A DNA stretch of 64,000 nucleotides, from NCBI GenBank assembly GCA_023269235.1, contig JAHFTW010000002.1:6067-70066 (forward strand). The letters are read 5' to 3'. Under the pieces are notes generated by a model. The model worked only from the letters and a program-made list of their open reading frames with translations. It ran no database searches and had not been told where the DNA came from. Positions 50,000 to 59,147 of this stretch are shown one piece after another. Position numbers and translations under genes: made by a program. Position 1 is the stretch's first letter. Every line of letters starts with the position of its first letter. The DNA comes from Thermoplasmata archaeon. Its GTDB lineage: Archaea > Thermoplasmatota > E2 > JACPAO01 > JAHFTW01.

Positions 50000-50458
50000 T
50001 TAGAACGGAAGTTCTTGCTCGACGAGGCGCTGCAGATTGTCGAGGCTCTGGCCCCATCCGATGGGGGCGCCGTCGGCGGCAGGGCCGGGCGGGATGCCTT
50101 CCTGGACGACGGAGACCTCGGTGCCGCCCTTGACGGGCTTGAACGTGATGGTGGTCCGCATGTCGCCCTGCATGGCGGGGTCGTCGGTCTCGAAGAAGTT
50201 CGTGTGGACGAGGCGCTCGAAGGGCTTCATTTCGATGTAGCGGCCGCCGAACGTCTCGCTCCAACTGCGGTTGATGGTGGAGAACGACATGCGGAAGCCT
50301 CCGCCGACCTTGGCGTCCATGTTGTGGACCTTGCCGGTGAAGCCGTGCCGCGGGAGCCACTTCGCGTACGCGTCGGGGTCGGTGAAGCAGTGCCAAATCC
50401 GTTCGGGCAGGGCCTTGAAGACCCGGTTAAGGTGAACGGTCACGGTCGTCGGTTGCAC
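50000..50458 (-). CDS. SRPBCC/AHSA1 domain protein
   Basis: RVF.A.PERIW..FTDP...KW, VGG.FRMSF, GW.QSL..L. Confidence 0.85.
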   Translation of the reverse strand: MQPTTVTVHLNRVFKALPERIWHCFTDPDAYAKWLPRHGFTGKVHNMDAKVGGGFRMSFSTINRSWSETFGGRYIEMKPFERLVHTNFFETDDPAMQGDMRTTITFKPVKGGTEVSVVQEGIPPGPAADGAPIGWGQSLDNLQRLVEQELPF

Positions 50459-50498
50459 ACGCTTCGTTTTGGATGCGATGGCTTTGGGTGGCAAACGG

Positions 50499-50894
50499 TC
50501 ACGTTCCTGTTGCAACGGGCAGGAGGGCACGGACGCGGGCATCGCGCAACCACAAGCCGCCCCACAAGAAGAACGCCAGGTAGATTGGGAACAGCACCGT
50601 GCTGAACAGTGGCTTCTCCACGCGCATGTTGATCGCGATGGCGCCGCCGAAGTACGCCGTCAGCAAGACGGCCCCGAGGGCGGCGGTGCGCGGGATGAGA
50701 CTCACCGCGAGGAAGATAGCCTCGAGAATGCCGACCACGACGAGCATGTCTGCGGGCAGCCCGAGCTCCCCCGCGGTGGCCACGGCGTGTTGCTCTTTCG
50801 TGACGTGAAGGACGGTATCGAAGAGCATGAACGAAGCGAACAGACCCGTGAGGACCCAGCTCGTGATGCGGACTTGTTTGCGGTCGAAGTTCAC
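50499..50894 (-). CDS. DoxX family membrane protein
   Basis: IPRTA.LGAVLLTAYFGGAIA; LWLRD. Confidence 0.8.
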   Translation of the reverse strand: MNFDRKQVRITSWVLTGLFASFMLFDTVLHVTKEQHAVATAGELGLPADMLVVVGILEAIFLAVSLIPRTAALGAVLLTAYFGGAIAINMRVEKPLFSTVLFPIYLAFFLWGGLWLRDARVRALLPVATGT

Positions 50895-51847
50895 GCAGTT
50901 TCCCCCAACACTTTGGCCATGTGTCCAAGATTGCTGATGACGCCGTCGCGGCTGCCCTCGGTGAACTCGACGCTTGCCATGGGGCCCTGGGTGAAGGTCA
51001 TCTTGGTGCCCATCACGCCGGGTTGCATGGTTGGGCATTCCTCCAATTCGATGGTCACCGAGATCGGGTATGGTTTCTCGCCTGGACCAAGGAAAATGTC
51101 GAACATCCATTCCTGCACGAGGCGCTGATTCGCAACGACTTCGAGGTAGGTGCCGTGGTTGTGCAACTCTCCGTGCTCGCGATTGGACATGGTGATGTCG
51201 TATTTGCCGCCGACTTTGACGTCCAGCGTGTTGACCTTGAATGCGTACCCCATCGCCTGCGCGCCGGGGCCCCACCACTTCGCGAGGCCCTCCTTCGTTG
51301 TCCACATTTGGTAGACCTTGCTCGTGGGGGCGTTGAAGTAGCGCACCAAGCGGAAGCCCTCGCCCGGGCCGGGCCGCTCGATTTCTTCCGCCAAACGATC
51401 GGCCACCATCGCGAAGCCGGCCGCGGCACCTTCGGGCTGGTAGGGCCCTTGCTTGGGGAAGGGTCCGTGCGTGACTTTGAGGCGCGTGCCGCCGTTTTCC
51501 GGGATGAACTCCAAGGTCCCGGTGGCCTCCAGCCCGGACCCGTCCGGCCAGATGTCGCGCGTCACGATTTTCTTGTTGGGGACGATTTCGACGTAGGTCC
51601 AAATGGCCGTCCAGGGTTGGGTGCGGTGGCTGATGCGCAACTGGCCGCCGACCTTGAACTCCAAACGGTCCACCTTGCCCTCTCCAACGGGCCAGAAGAA
51701 CTTCGGGAGCAGGGCGGGGTCGGACCACGCCTTGAACACCTTCTCCGGGCTGGCCTTGAACCAACGCTCGACGTGCACCGTGCGGTCCTTGACCTGGCCT
51801 TTCGCGGGCTCAGTGATGCCCTGGATGTGCTGCTTGCGCGCGACCAC
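50891..51847 (-). CDS. tandem double SRPBCC/AHSA1 protein
   Basis: Two copies of the R.F.A...KV...W / VGG / Y.E.V.N motif set. Confidence 0.82.
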   Translation of the reverse strand: MVARKQHIQGITEPAKGQVKDRTVHVERWFKASPEKVFKAWSDPALLPKFFWPVGEGKVDRLEFKVGGQLRISHRTQPWTAIWTYVEIVPNKKIVTRDIWPDGSGLEATGTLEFIPENGGTRLKVTHGPFPKQGPYQPEGAAAGFAMVADRLAEEIERPGPGEGFRLVRYFNAPTSKVYQMWTTKEGLAKWWGPGAQAMGYAFKVNTLDVKVGGKYDITMSNREHGELHNHGTYLEVVANQRLVQEWMFDIFLGPGEKPYPISVTIELEECPTMQPGVMGTKMTFTQGPMASVEFTEGSRDGVISNLGHMAKVLGETA

Positions 51848-51849
51848 GA

Positions 51850-52308
51850 TTAAGCCTCCAAGCGTTTGGCGAGCTTGTCAAAGCAGGCGCCCCACCCGGC
51901 GGTGGCCCCGGTGTGATGCTCGCTGGGAACGCCATCCATGACGACGGTCATGCGCGTCTGCTTGGTCCCCACGGGCGTGAACGTGACATCGATGAGGAAC
52001 GACTTGTCGGGGGCGCCTGACACAAGGCGGCGCGGTTTGTCGAGGACGTGGAAGACGCCGCTGTTCGGCATCTCCTGGCCGTTGTCGAGCGGCATGAAGA
52101 ACGCGACCTTGCCTCCGACGCGGACCTCGAAGGTTTGAATCTTCAAGTCGGCTTTGCCCGGGTTCATCCATTTCGCGTACCGCGTCGGATCCGTCCACTG
52201 CTCCCAAAGACGCTCCGGAGTGGCGTCGAAGACCCGCTCGAGCTTGAGCTTCGGCGGTTTGGCGGGGACGGTCTTGGTCGGGGCGGCGGGCGGGGTCTTG
52301 CTCGTCAT
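51850..52308 (-). CDS. SRPBCC/AHSA1 domain protein
   Basis: ERVFDA.PERLW..WTDP, VGG, GWGACFDKL. Confidence 0.85.
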   Translation of the reverse strand: MTSKTPPAAPTKTVPAKPPKLKLERVFDATPERLWEQWTDPTRYAKWMNPGKADLKIQTFEVRVGGKVAFFMPLDNGQEMPNSGVFHVLDKPRRLVSGAPDKSFLIDVTFTPVGTKQTRMTVVMDGVPSEHHTGATAGWGACFDKLAKRLEA

Positions 52309-52619
52309 GATTCATCATCCTCCAGGGCTTGCTCGAGGCGGTCGAAGGCGGCGTTCCAGCGGGCCTTGGATTCTTGAATCCACTTGTCCGCGCGTTCTAG
52401 GCCGTGGGCCCGCAGGCGAACGTGCCGGCTTCGACCGTGCTTGCGTGTTGCCACAAGACCCGCCTCCTCGAGGACCCGGACATGCTTCTGCACCGCCATG
52501 AGGGTGATGGGGAGCGGCGACGCGAGGTCGCTGAGCGTCCTCTCGCCCGCCTCCAGCGCTGCCAACAGGTGGCGGCGCGTGGGGTCGGCGAGCGCGGAGA
52601 AGGCCCGGTCCAGATCCAT
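52305..52619 (-). CDS. ArsR/SmtB family transcriptional regulator (SRPBCC-associated)
   Basis: F.ALADPTRR, AVQKH..VLEEAGLV...K.GR, W...FDRL. Confidence 0.92.
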   Translation of the reverse strand: MDLDRAFSALADPTRRHLLAALEAGERTLSDLASPLPITLMAVQKHVRVLEEAGLVATRKHGRSRHVRLRAHGLERADKWIQESKARWNAAFDRLEQALEDDES

Positions 52620-52620
52620 G

Positions 52621-52638
52621 CTAAACCGTTAGGTTGAG
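52621..52638. promoter_or_regulatory. palindromic operator, likely bound by the ArsR protein
   Basis: CTaAACC-N4-GGTTgAG (6 of 7 bp per arm) between a TTACAAA box (minus strand, 52642-52648) and the arsR ATG. Confidence 0.6.
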
Positions 52639-52681
52639 CTTCTTTGTAAGCCTTTTCGTGGGGCTCCCTGCTGCCGATATC

Positions 52682-53137
52682 GTGGCAACCAGCAAGAAGA
52701 CCGCGAAGCCGAAGGCCAAGGCCATCCCGGTGCGCGGAGGCGGAACGGGCGGCACCGGAGCGACGTCCGGCGTGAAGGACGGCATGGACACCACCTACTA
52801 CCCCAATGGGCAAGTGAAGGAAGTCGGCCAGCGCGTCGGGGGCAAGAAGCAAGGCCCGTGGACGGTGTACCACCAGGACGGAACGGTGTGGAGCACGGGC
52901 ACGTACGACCACGGAGTCGAGCATGGGCGGTTCATCTGGAACGCCAAGAACGGAGTCCTCCGGCAAGCGGGCTCCTTCGACCACGGCGTCCAGACCGGTC
53001 TGTGGAAGCGCTACCGCGGCGGAACCGGCGTCCTCTACGACTCCGGCACATGGGAAAACGGCAAGCGCGTCGGCAAGTGGACGACGTACGACAAGGATGG
53101 CGCCGTCAAGAAGATTCAGACGTTCAAGCCGAAGTGA
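52682..53137 (+). CDS. MORN-variant repeat protein (YwqK-like)
   Basis: Repeated YY.NG / G.W..Y / G.Y..G units. Confidence 0.8.
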   Translation: MATSKKTAKPKAKAIPVRGGGTGGTGATSGVKDGMDTTYYPNGQVKEVGQRVGGKKQGPWTVYHQDGTVWSTGTYDHGVEHGRFIWNAKNGVLRQAGSFDHGVQTGLWKRYRGGTGVLYDSGTWENGKRVGKWTTYDKDGAVKKIQTFKPK

Positions 53138-53143
53138 ACCGCT

Positions 53144-53545
53144 TCAACGCTTTTTTGCCGCCCTGCCGCCCATGTCTCTCGCCACGTCCTGCATCATCGC
53201 AAGCCGCAACTTAACGAGCCGCATCACGAGCGCGACGGGGATGGGTTTGTCGTGCGGGAACTGGATGGAGCCGACGCCCAACTTGTAGCCCTTCACGGCG
53301 GCGGGGTGGGCCTGGAAGAAGGCGGGACCGACCATGTGGAGCGTCGCATGCTGCGCGGCGGCGCCGAAGAAGACGACCGGTTTCCCGCCCAGCTTGTAGA
53401 CGGGGACGCCGTAGCTGATGCCCTCGACCGCCTCCGGGGCGGCGGCGAGGATGGCGGACCGCAGGACGTCAAGCTGGTTCTGCACAGGCCTTGGCCACTG
53501 GGCGAGGAACCGCGCGACGTCGGGCGAGGGCGTCGTGGAACTCAC
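53144..53545 (-). CDS. DUF1801/YdhG-like protein
   Basis: AAPEA.E.ISYGVP.YK; SIQFP.DKPIP..LV. Confidence 0.82.
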   Translation of the reverse strand: MSSTTPSPDVARFLAQWPRPVQNQLDVLRSAILAAAPEAVEGISYGVPVYKLGGKPVVFFGAAAQHATLHMVGPAFFQAHPAAVKGYKLGVGSIQFPHDKPIPVALVMRLVKLRLAMMQDVARDMGGRAAKKR

Positions 53546-54111
53546 TTTGTCTTGCCGCCCACGCGGTCGTAGGCGGCCTGTAGCCCCTTGACGTCCAATT
53601 TGACCATGCCCATCATGGCCTGGAAGACGGCGCCGACCTTCTTCGGGTCGGGGTCGCTGGTCAGGCGCAGGAACGCCTCCGGGACGATCTGCCAGGTGAG
53701 GCCGAACTTGTCGTCAATCCAGCCGCACCGGCTTGGCGTTCCGCCGTCGCCCTCGAGGGCGTTCCACAAGCGGTCCACTTCCTTCTGGTCCTTGCAGACG
53801 ACGAAGAAGGAGAACGCGGGGCTGTGCTTGTACATCGGGCCGCCGTTGAGCGCCATCACCTTCTGGCCGGCGAGCGTGAACGTGCCGCCCATCGGCCCCA
53901 TGCCATCCACGCGCGAGCCGGGGAACAGGCCGACGTAGTAGCGGGCGGCTGCCTCGCAGTTGTTGTCGAACCAGAGGAACGGGGTGATGCTGCGCACGGA
54001 GGACCCCGCCGGCGCTGGTTTGGCCTTCGCGACAAAGCTCGGAGGAGACGCCTTGGTTTTCTTGGCGACGGCCTTGCGCGCCGTCTTCTTGGCGGGTCGC
54101 TTCGTCGCCAT
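53542..54111 (-). CDS. VOC family protein (PhnB/3-dmu-9_3-mt-like)
   Basis: ITPFLWFD, ALNGGP, QKEVD.LW, CGW..DKFGL.WQIVP. Confidence 0.88.
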   Translation of the reverse strand: MATKRPAKKTARKAVAKKTKASPPSFVAKAKPAPAGSSVRSITPFLWFDNNCEAAARYYVGLFPGSRVDGMGPMGGTFTLAGQKVMALNGGPMYKHSPAFSFFVVCKDQKEVDRLWNALEGDGGTPSRCGWIDDKFGLTWQIVPEAFLRLTSDPDPKKVGAVFQAMMGMVKLDVKGLQAAYDRVGGKTK

Positions 54112-54597
54112 CTACTTTCCTCCCGACAGGCCGATGAGCATCCCACCCGGCTCGCGCACGGTGGCGATGACGACGCCCGGCATGATCTCGTTGGGCGCCA
54201 TGATGGGCTGCGCCCCGGCGCGGACAGCCTTCGCGAAGGCGGCTTGGCAGTCGGCGACGTGCACGGTCGGTGTGCTGTGCGGCACCTCACCCGGTCCGAG
54301 GCCGCGCACGCCGCCTCCGCCCTGCTCGGAGAACGCGAACAGGTGGTAGTCCCCTGCAGGGGACGGGAACGCGGGGCGGAACGTCCAGCCGAACGCCTTC
54401 GCGGCCCACGCCTTGGTGGCGAGCGGGTCGCTGGTGGCGAGCTCGGTGTGGGTAATCCATCCATAAAGGCCCTGCGTCGGCGTGTGCCGGCCAGGCGCCT
54501 TGGGTTGGGGGACCTTGCGGGCTGGCGCCTTTCGCACGGCGGCCTTGGCCGGATTGGTGGTCTTCTTCGCGCTCTTGCGGACAGGGGTCTTGGCCAT
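54112..54597 (-). CDS. VOC/glyoxalase-bleomycin resistance family protein
   Basis: HTEL...DP, FGW.F, V.D......A..AGA, EPGG..IGL. Confidence 0.82.
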   Translation of the reverse strand: MAKTPVRKSAKKTTNPAKAAVRKAPARKVPQPKAPGRHTPTQGLYGWITHTELATSDPLATKAWAAKAFGWTFRPAFPSPAGDYHLFAFSEQGGGGVRGLGPGEVPHSTPTVHVADCQAAFAKAVRAGAQPIMAPNEIMPGVVIATVREPGGMLIGLSGGK

Positions 54598-54815
54598 GGT
54601 GCGCCGGCGCCGGCGGGGCCGGCAAGTAGCAAGCCGGCTTTGGTGCTTGAACCTGACTGACCCCTGCGACGGGTCGTCGGCACGGCGACCTCGACGGGTC
54701 CTCTTCCAAGCCAGCGACGCCCGCAGGTGCATGTGACGGCAACGGAATGGCCTTCGCCCTCGACGCCCTGCTCAGCCCGCCCACGGACCCCAATCGCGCC
54801 GCTGGGTCGCGACGG

Positions 54816-56120
54816 TCATCCGGCCGGCTCGGGCCCCTTCGTTCCGCCGATGGGCTCGTCCCCCGGCTCCGGAGGCGACGCCGTCGTGTCCTCGGGGACA
54901 TCCGGCTCCACCGGCTTCGCCGACGAGGCGCCTGCCAGCGTGGATCGCTTGGCGAACGGGCGCGCGAGCGGGGGTGCCGCATCGCGCAAGGCGAGGTGCT
55001 CCGGACTGGTGATCTCGATGCCGGCTTCGCCGAACAGGTCGAGCACGCGCTCGATGAGTTTGGAGCGGATGGCGACCATGACGCGCGGGTCGGCCACGAA
55101 GGCGTGAAGCGTGTAGGAGACTGCGAAGTCGCCCAGCTCCTCCTGGAAGATGCGCGGTTCCGGATCGGCGAGGACGCCCTCCTGCTTGGCCGCCTGCTTC
55201 AGGAGGCTGTGGACCTCGCGCCACGGGACCTCGTAGCCCAGCCCGATGCGGACCTCGACGGCCACGCCATTGCCGCCCGCGTCCGCGCTGTAGTTGGTCA
55301 TCGGCCCGGCCATGACGAGCTGGTTCGGGATGGCGATCTCCTCGTTCTTGATGGTGCGGACGCGGGTCACGAACAGGGTCCGCTCGATGACGTCCCCCGT
55401 GATGTCGTGGATGCGCACCCGGTCGCCGCGGTCGAAGCCCCTCGTGTAGGTCAGGACGATGCCGGCGACGGCGTTGCCGATGGCGCTGCTGGCGCCCAAG
55501 CTCACCAGGGCGCCCACGAAGATGGCGATGCCCTGGAACCCAGAGGTGCCGCTGCCGGGCAGGAGCGGGAAGATGAGGATGGCGACGAGGATGACGATGG
55601 CCATGCGCACCAGGCCGTAGGTCTGGCGGGCCCAGCTTTTGTCGAACTTGGGAAGGCGGATGCGGCCCTTGCGGATCTCCTCAAACATCCACCGCACGGC
55701 GCCGAGGAGAATCCGGAACACGACGACGAGGAGCACGATGTTGGCCAAGTTCGGCAGGAACGCGACGAAGCCTGCCCCCAGCCCGCGCGCGGAGGCGGTG
55801 AAGAAGCTCCAGGCGGCGTCGAGGAGGACGTCTCCGCCGGGGAGCACGAGGGCGAGGAGAAACGGCCAGGCGAGCAGAAGCACGAAGCGCCACATCCACA
55901 GCGCCGCGCGGTTGCCGAGTTTCCGCAGTTCGAGAAGCCACCCCGAACCCATGATCTGCATCGACCCGAGGCGCAGCGGCTTCGCGGAGCCCGGGCCCTC
56001 CTTGACCACCGCCTCCTGCCAGTGGCGAAACAGGATGGAGCCAAGACGCCACAGGGCCGCGAGGGCAGCCGTCATCGCCGCCGCCAGGAGCAGGCCGATG
56101 GGCCAGGAGAATGCGACCAT
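54816..56120 (-). CDS. MscS family mechanosensitive channel
   Basis: N.VAGIVL.Y.R.F..GDRV.I, IPN, NYS, V.IGLGYEV. Confidence 0.88.
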   Translation of the reverse strand: MVAFSWPIGLLLAAAMTAALAALWRLGSILFRHWQEAVVKEGPGSAKPLRLGSMQIMGSGWLLELRKLGNRAALWMWRFVLLLAWPFLLALVLPGGDVLLDAAWSFFTASARGLGAGFVAFLPNLANIVLLVVVFRILLGAVRWMFEEIRKGRIRLPKFDKSWARQTYGLVRMAIVILVAILIFPLLPGSGTSGFQGIAIFVGALVSLGASSAIGNAVAGIVLTYTRGFDRGDRVRIHDITGDVIERTLFVTRVRTIKNEEIAIPNQLVMAGPMTNYSADAGGNGVAVEVRIGLGYEVPWREVHSLLKQAAKQEGVLADPEPRIFQEELGDFAVSYTLHAFVADPRVMVAIRSKLIERVLDLFGEAGIEITSPEHLALRDAAPPLARPFAKRSTLAGASSAKPVEPDVPEDTTASPPEPGDEPIGGTKGPEPAG

Positions 56121-56176
56121 GCCGGGGCATGGCCCAGGTGCCGGTTAAAGACCTCTGAACCCCGGGAGACTCGCCG

Positions 56177-56671
56177 CTACGTCCTGAACTCGGGGCTGCC
56201 CGCGCCCCACCCGGGCAGGTCGCATGACTGCCCCAGCCAGGAACGCAGCTGCGCCTCGTCGTACTCCGCGTCGTTGTGGATGTGGAGACCCCGCGCCTGC
56301 ACGAAGGCCGTGACGGGCGGCGCCGGGTCGAGGCCACGGGCGTACAAGGCGACAGCGACGTAGCCCTTGAACGACCAGAGCGCCATGAGCCAGCCCTGGC
56401 CAGGCCGACCGTAGAAGGGGACGCCCAACGGCTGCGACGGCTTGCGCCACTTGGCGTGGCGCTGGATGCCGGGGATGGTCTTGCCGATGAGGGCGTCGAT
56501 GCGCTTCACGAGGGCCTTGTGCTCCGGCTTGACCGCGTCGAGCCAAGCCTGGACGTCGGCGCCGCCGTCGGCCTTGGCAGGCTTGGCCTTCTTGGTGGCC
56601 TTCGCGGCGGCGGGGCGCGCGACTTTCTTCGCGGACTTCTTTGCGGCGGGCTTGCGGGATGGAGAAGCCAT
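56177..56671 (-). CDS. DUF1801 domain protein with a basic N-terminal tail
   Basis: KW....G.PFYG..GQGW pattern; paralogous to the next gene. Confidence 0.75.
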   Translation of the reverse strand: MASPSRKPAAKKSAKKVARPAAAKATKKAKPAKADGGADVQAWLDAVKPEHKALVKRIDALIGKTIPGIQRHAKWRKPSQPLGVPFYGRPGQGWLMALWSFKGYVAVALYARGLDPAPPVTAFVQARGLHIHNDAEYDEAQLRSWLGQSCDLPGWGAGSPEFRT

Positions 56672-56724
56672 GGCGCCGGCCAACCGTGGCTCCGGCTTGA
56701 ACCTGTCCTCGCGCTGCGGAGAGA

Positions 56725-57231
56725 CTACGACTTGCCCCAGCCTGGGATGGCGGCTGCCTGCTTGAGCCACGTCGCCATCTGCGCCTCGTCGAGGTCGCCT
56801 TCGTGGACGTCGATCCAACGTCCGGCTTTTCCTTCGCCGCCAGGCGGGACCGGCCGCAACGACGTGCCGAGGAAGAAGGTCGCCTTGACGGCGTTCGTAA
56901 ACACGTGGAACGCGAAGAACCAGCCCTGGCCCTCCACGCCATAGAAGGGCGAGTTCCACTTCACGGCCTTGCGGACCCCAGGGACATGCTTTACGACGAG
57001 GGCATCGAGCCGGCGCGCGACGTCGCGCTTCCAGCCCGGGATGGCCGCGATGTAGGCCTGCACCGGGGCGTCGCCGTCGGCCATCTCGACCTGCGGGTTG
57101 CCGCCCGCCAGGAGACGAGGCTGGGCTACTGCTTTGGCCGGCGTCTTGGCCATCGCGGCGCGCGGGACGGACGTCTTCGCCGCGGCCTTCGCGGACGTGG
57201 CAGCCTTCTTGGTCGTCTTCTTGGCGGGCAC
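56725..57231 (-). CDS. DUF1801 domain protein with a basic N-terminal tail
   Basis: LAGGNPQ, GDAPVQAYIAA.PGWK, KAVKWNSPFYG. Confidence 0.82.
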   Translation of the reverse strand: MPAKKTTKKAATSAKAAAKTSVPRAAMAKTPAKAVAQPRLLAGGNPQVEMADGDAPVQAYIAAIPGWKRDVARRLDALVVKHVPGVRKAVKWNSPFYGVEGQGWFFAFHVFTNAVKATFFLGTSLRPVPPGGEGKAGRWIDVHEGDLDEAQMATWLKQAAAIPGWGKS

Positions 57232-57328
57232 GCCAGGAGACCCGGGCCTCGCCAGATGAACCTCACGGCCGAGGCGGTCGTGCACGTCCCCGAAGCCCTT
57301 ATCGCGGCGCCCCAAGGTCGGTGCCCGC

Positions 57329-57778
57329 ATGCGCGTCACCTCCTACGTCGACATTCAGGCTCCCCCGAAGGCGGTGTGGGCCGTCGTGAGCGACATCGAG
57401 CGCCTTCCCGGCCGCGTCAAGGGCATCCTGAAGGTGGAGGCCGTGGACCGCCCCAAGACAGGTCTGGTAGGGTTCAAGTGGCGCGAGACGCGGAAGCTGT
57501 TCGGAAAAGAAGCCACCGCCGTCATGTGGATCACGGACGCCAAGGCCCCCAGCCACTACGAGAAGCGCGGCGAGGAGCGCGGGGTCGTCTACACGACGCG
57601 AATCGGCGTGTCCTCCACCCCGGACGGGTCGCGGTTGACCATGTACTGGCAGGGCATCCCGCAAGCGTTCGGAGCGAAGGTGATGCTTGCGCTCATGGCG
57701 CCCCTCATCAAGAGCGCCACGCGCAAGGCCCTGCGCGACGACCTCGCCGACATCAAGGCCGCCGTCGAGGCCGCGTAG
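57329..57778 (+). CDS. SRPBCC family protein
   Basis: I.APP..VW.VVSD, WRETR..FGKEAT, DL.DIK.A.E. Confidence 0.82.
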   Translation: MRVTSYVDIQAPPKAVWAVVSDIERLPGRVKGILKVEAVDRPKTGLVGFKWRETRKLFGKEATAVMWITDAKAPSHYEKRGEERGVVYTTRIGVSSTPDGSRLTMYWQGIPQAFGAKVMLALMAPLIKSATRKALRDDLADIKAAVEAA

Positions 57779-58028
57779 CGCACTTGGCGTCGCGGCAAAC
57801 CGGAAGCTGGCCCGTGCGCCGACGAAGGCCGGGTTTACCGCACCTTGTAGTGAGTGTCGGCGCCGTTGCTGACAATTCGCCTACAACACGGTCACTGATG
57901 GTCGCTTGCCCGGGTCCTTGTTAGGGGCAAGAACTACCGAACCACGTGGAAGGTAAATGGCTGATGCCGTACAGACTATGCAAGTAGCGATGCTGCAATT
58001 TCGACGCCGTTTCCATTGTCTTAGCCAG

Positions 58029-58934
58029 TCACCTCGGCTGGACGTTGATCTTGAAATTTGCGCCATTGGAAGCCGGAAACCAGTTTTTTTCCATTAGCTT
58101 GCGCTGCACAAATTCGCTGGAGGCTTTGGGTGTGAAGCCGGGCTTGGCCCTGCCGCATACCACGACGTAGGCGGGACCATTCCATTGTGCAAACAAACGC
58201 ACCATGGCAAGCACCGTGGTGTCGTTGATCTTGAGCTGAACATGGTGGACCATCCCCGCTGGGACTGGGGGACTTTCTTCGGGCGTGAGGCTTCCGACCC
58301 ATTGGCCAATATCGTTGGAAATGCCGAGCAAGGCAGGTACAATGGGCGATTCCAACACGTTTTCTGCGCCGTATTGTGCGCAAGCGAAAGCATACCCAAC
58401 TTTTCCAATCAAGCGGAGCCAGTCTGAGGGGACAACCTGCAGTTCTCCTTTAATTTCCGTTGCGCCGTGCTGTTTAACCAGTTTTTCGGCGGCGCTTGTG
58501 TCAAGCAGCGCTGTCGAGACGCCGATGATTCTCACCTGTTCGGGATTTGCATCAGGAATGCCAATCCCTGCCGGTCCAATTTCCGGGAACGAAATTACAA
58601 CTGGTATATCGTTCATGTTGCCGGTCACGTCTTTCGTGGACCCGTCTGCAAAGCCCAGAGTGATCGTATGGCTCGGTGGCTGCGTTTTTGGCGTCCGACT
58701 TGGTGCCTCAAGCTTGTCTCTCATTGGCCCCAAGAACCGTTTCAGGATGCGGCTTTCGAACGGTTTGAACTTGTCCTGACAAACACGACAGGTGGCTTTG
58801 CGATATACCCACGGGCCAGCGATAGAGTATGGGACAACGTGTTCGTCTGTGAGCTCTTGTTTACTGCCGCAGAAAATGCAGATTGAAGATCGCCCCATTT
58901 CGACCGGTTCCATGCCCGGTGCATATTTGCCCAT
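58029..58934 (-). CDS. HNH endonuclease domain protein
   Basis: CIFCG....LTDEHVVP..I.G.......C..C; start uncertain. Confidence 0.75.
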   Translation of the reverse strand: MGKYAPGMEPVEMGRSSICIFCGSKQELTDEHVVPYSIAGPWVYRKATCRVCQDKFKPFESRILKRFLGPMRDKLEAPSRTPKTQPPSHTITLGFADGSTKDVTGNMNDIPVVISFPEIGPAGIGIPDANPEQVRIIGVSTALLDTSAAEKLVKQHGATEIKGELQVVPSDWLRLIGKVGYAFACAQYGAENVLESPIVPALLGISNDIGQWVGSLTPEESPPVPAGMVHHVQLKINDTTVLAMVRLFAQWNGPAYVVVCGRAKPGFTPKASSEFVQRKLMEKNWFPASNGANFKINVQPR

Positions 58935-59147
58935 GTCTCCAACAATTGCAGAGGGGAGATGGTCTTTGGGGCTAGTTTGGCCTAAAGATGCTGCCGCGGC
59001 TGCAAATTTCCATCCGAGAAAGGCGGTCCCCCGACTTCGGAACTCTAAATCCTGGATTCCAGCCACCGCGCGGTTGGTATTCCCCTTGGCTTAGCCAATG
59101 CCCATGTCTCGGACAGGCGCCAAGGCCAGTCTCAGAGGTCGATCCGG

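Noticed and set aside
50499-50894. DoxX gene as part of the MNIO/bufferin-like system
   Set aside because: It lies 27 kb away inside the ArsR-SRPBCC operon, with no evidence of linkage.
57780-58028. tRNA or att site at the island boundary
   Set aside because: No cloverleaf, T-loop motif or direct repeat could be recognised.
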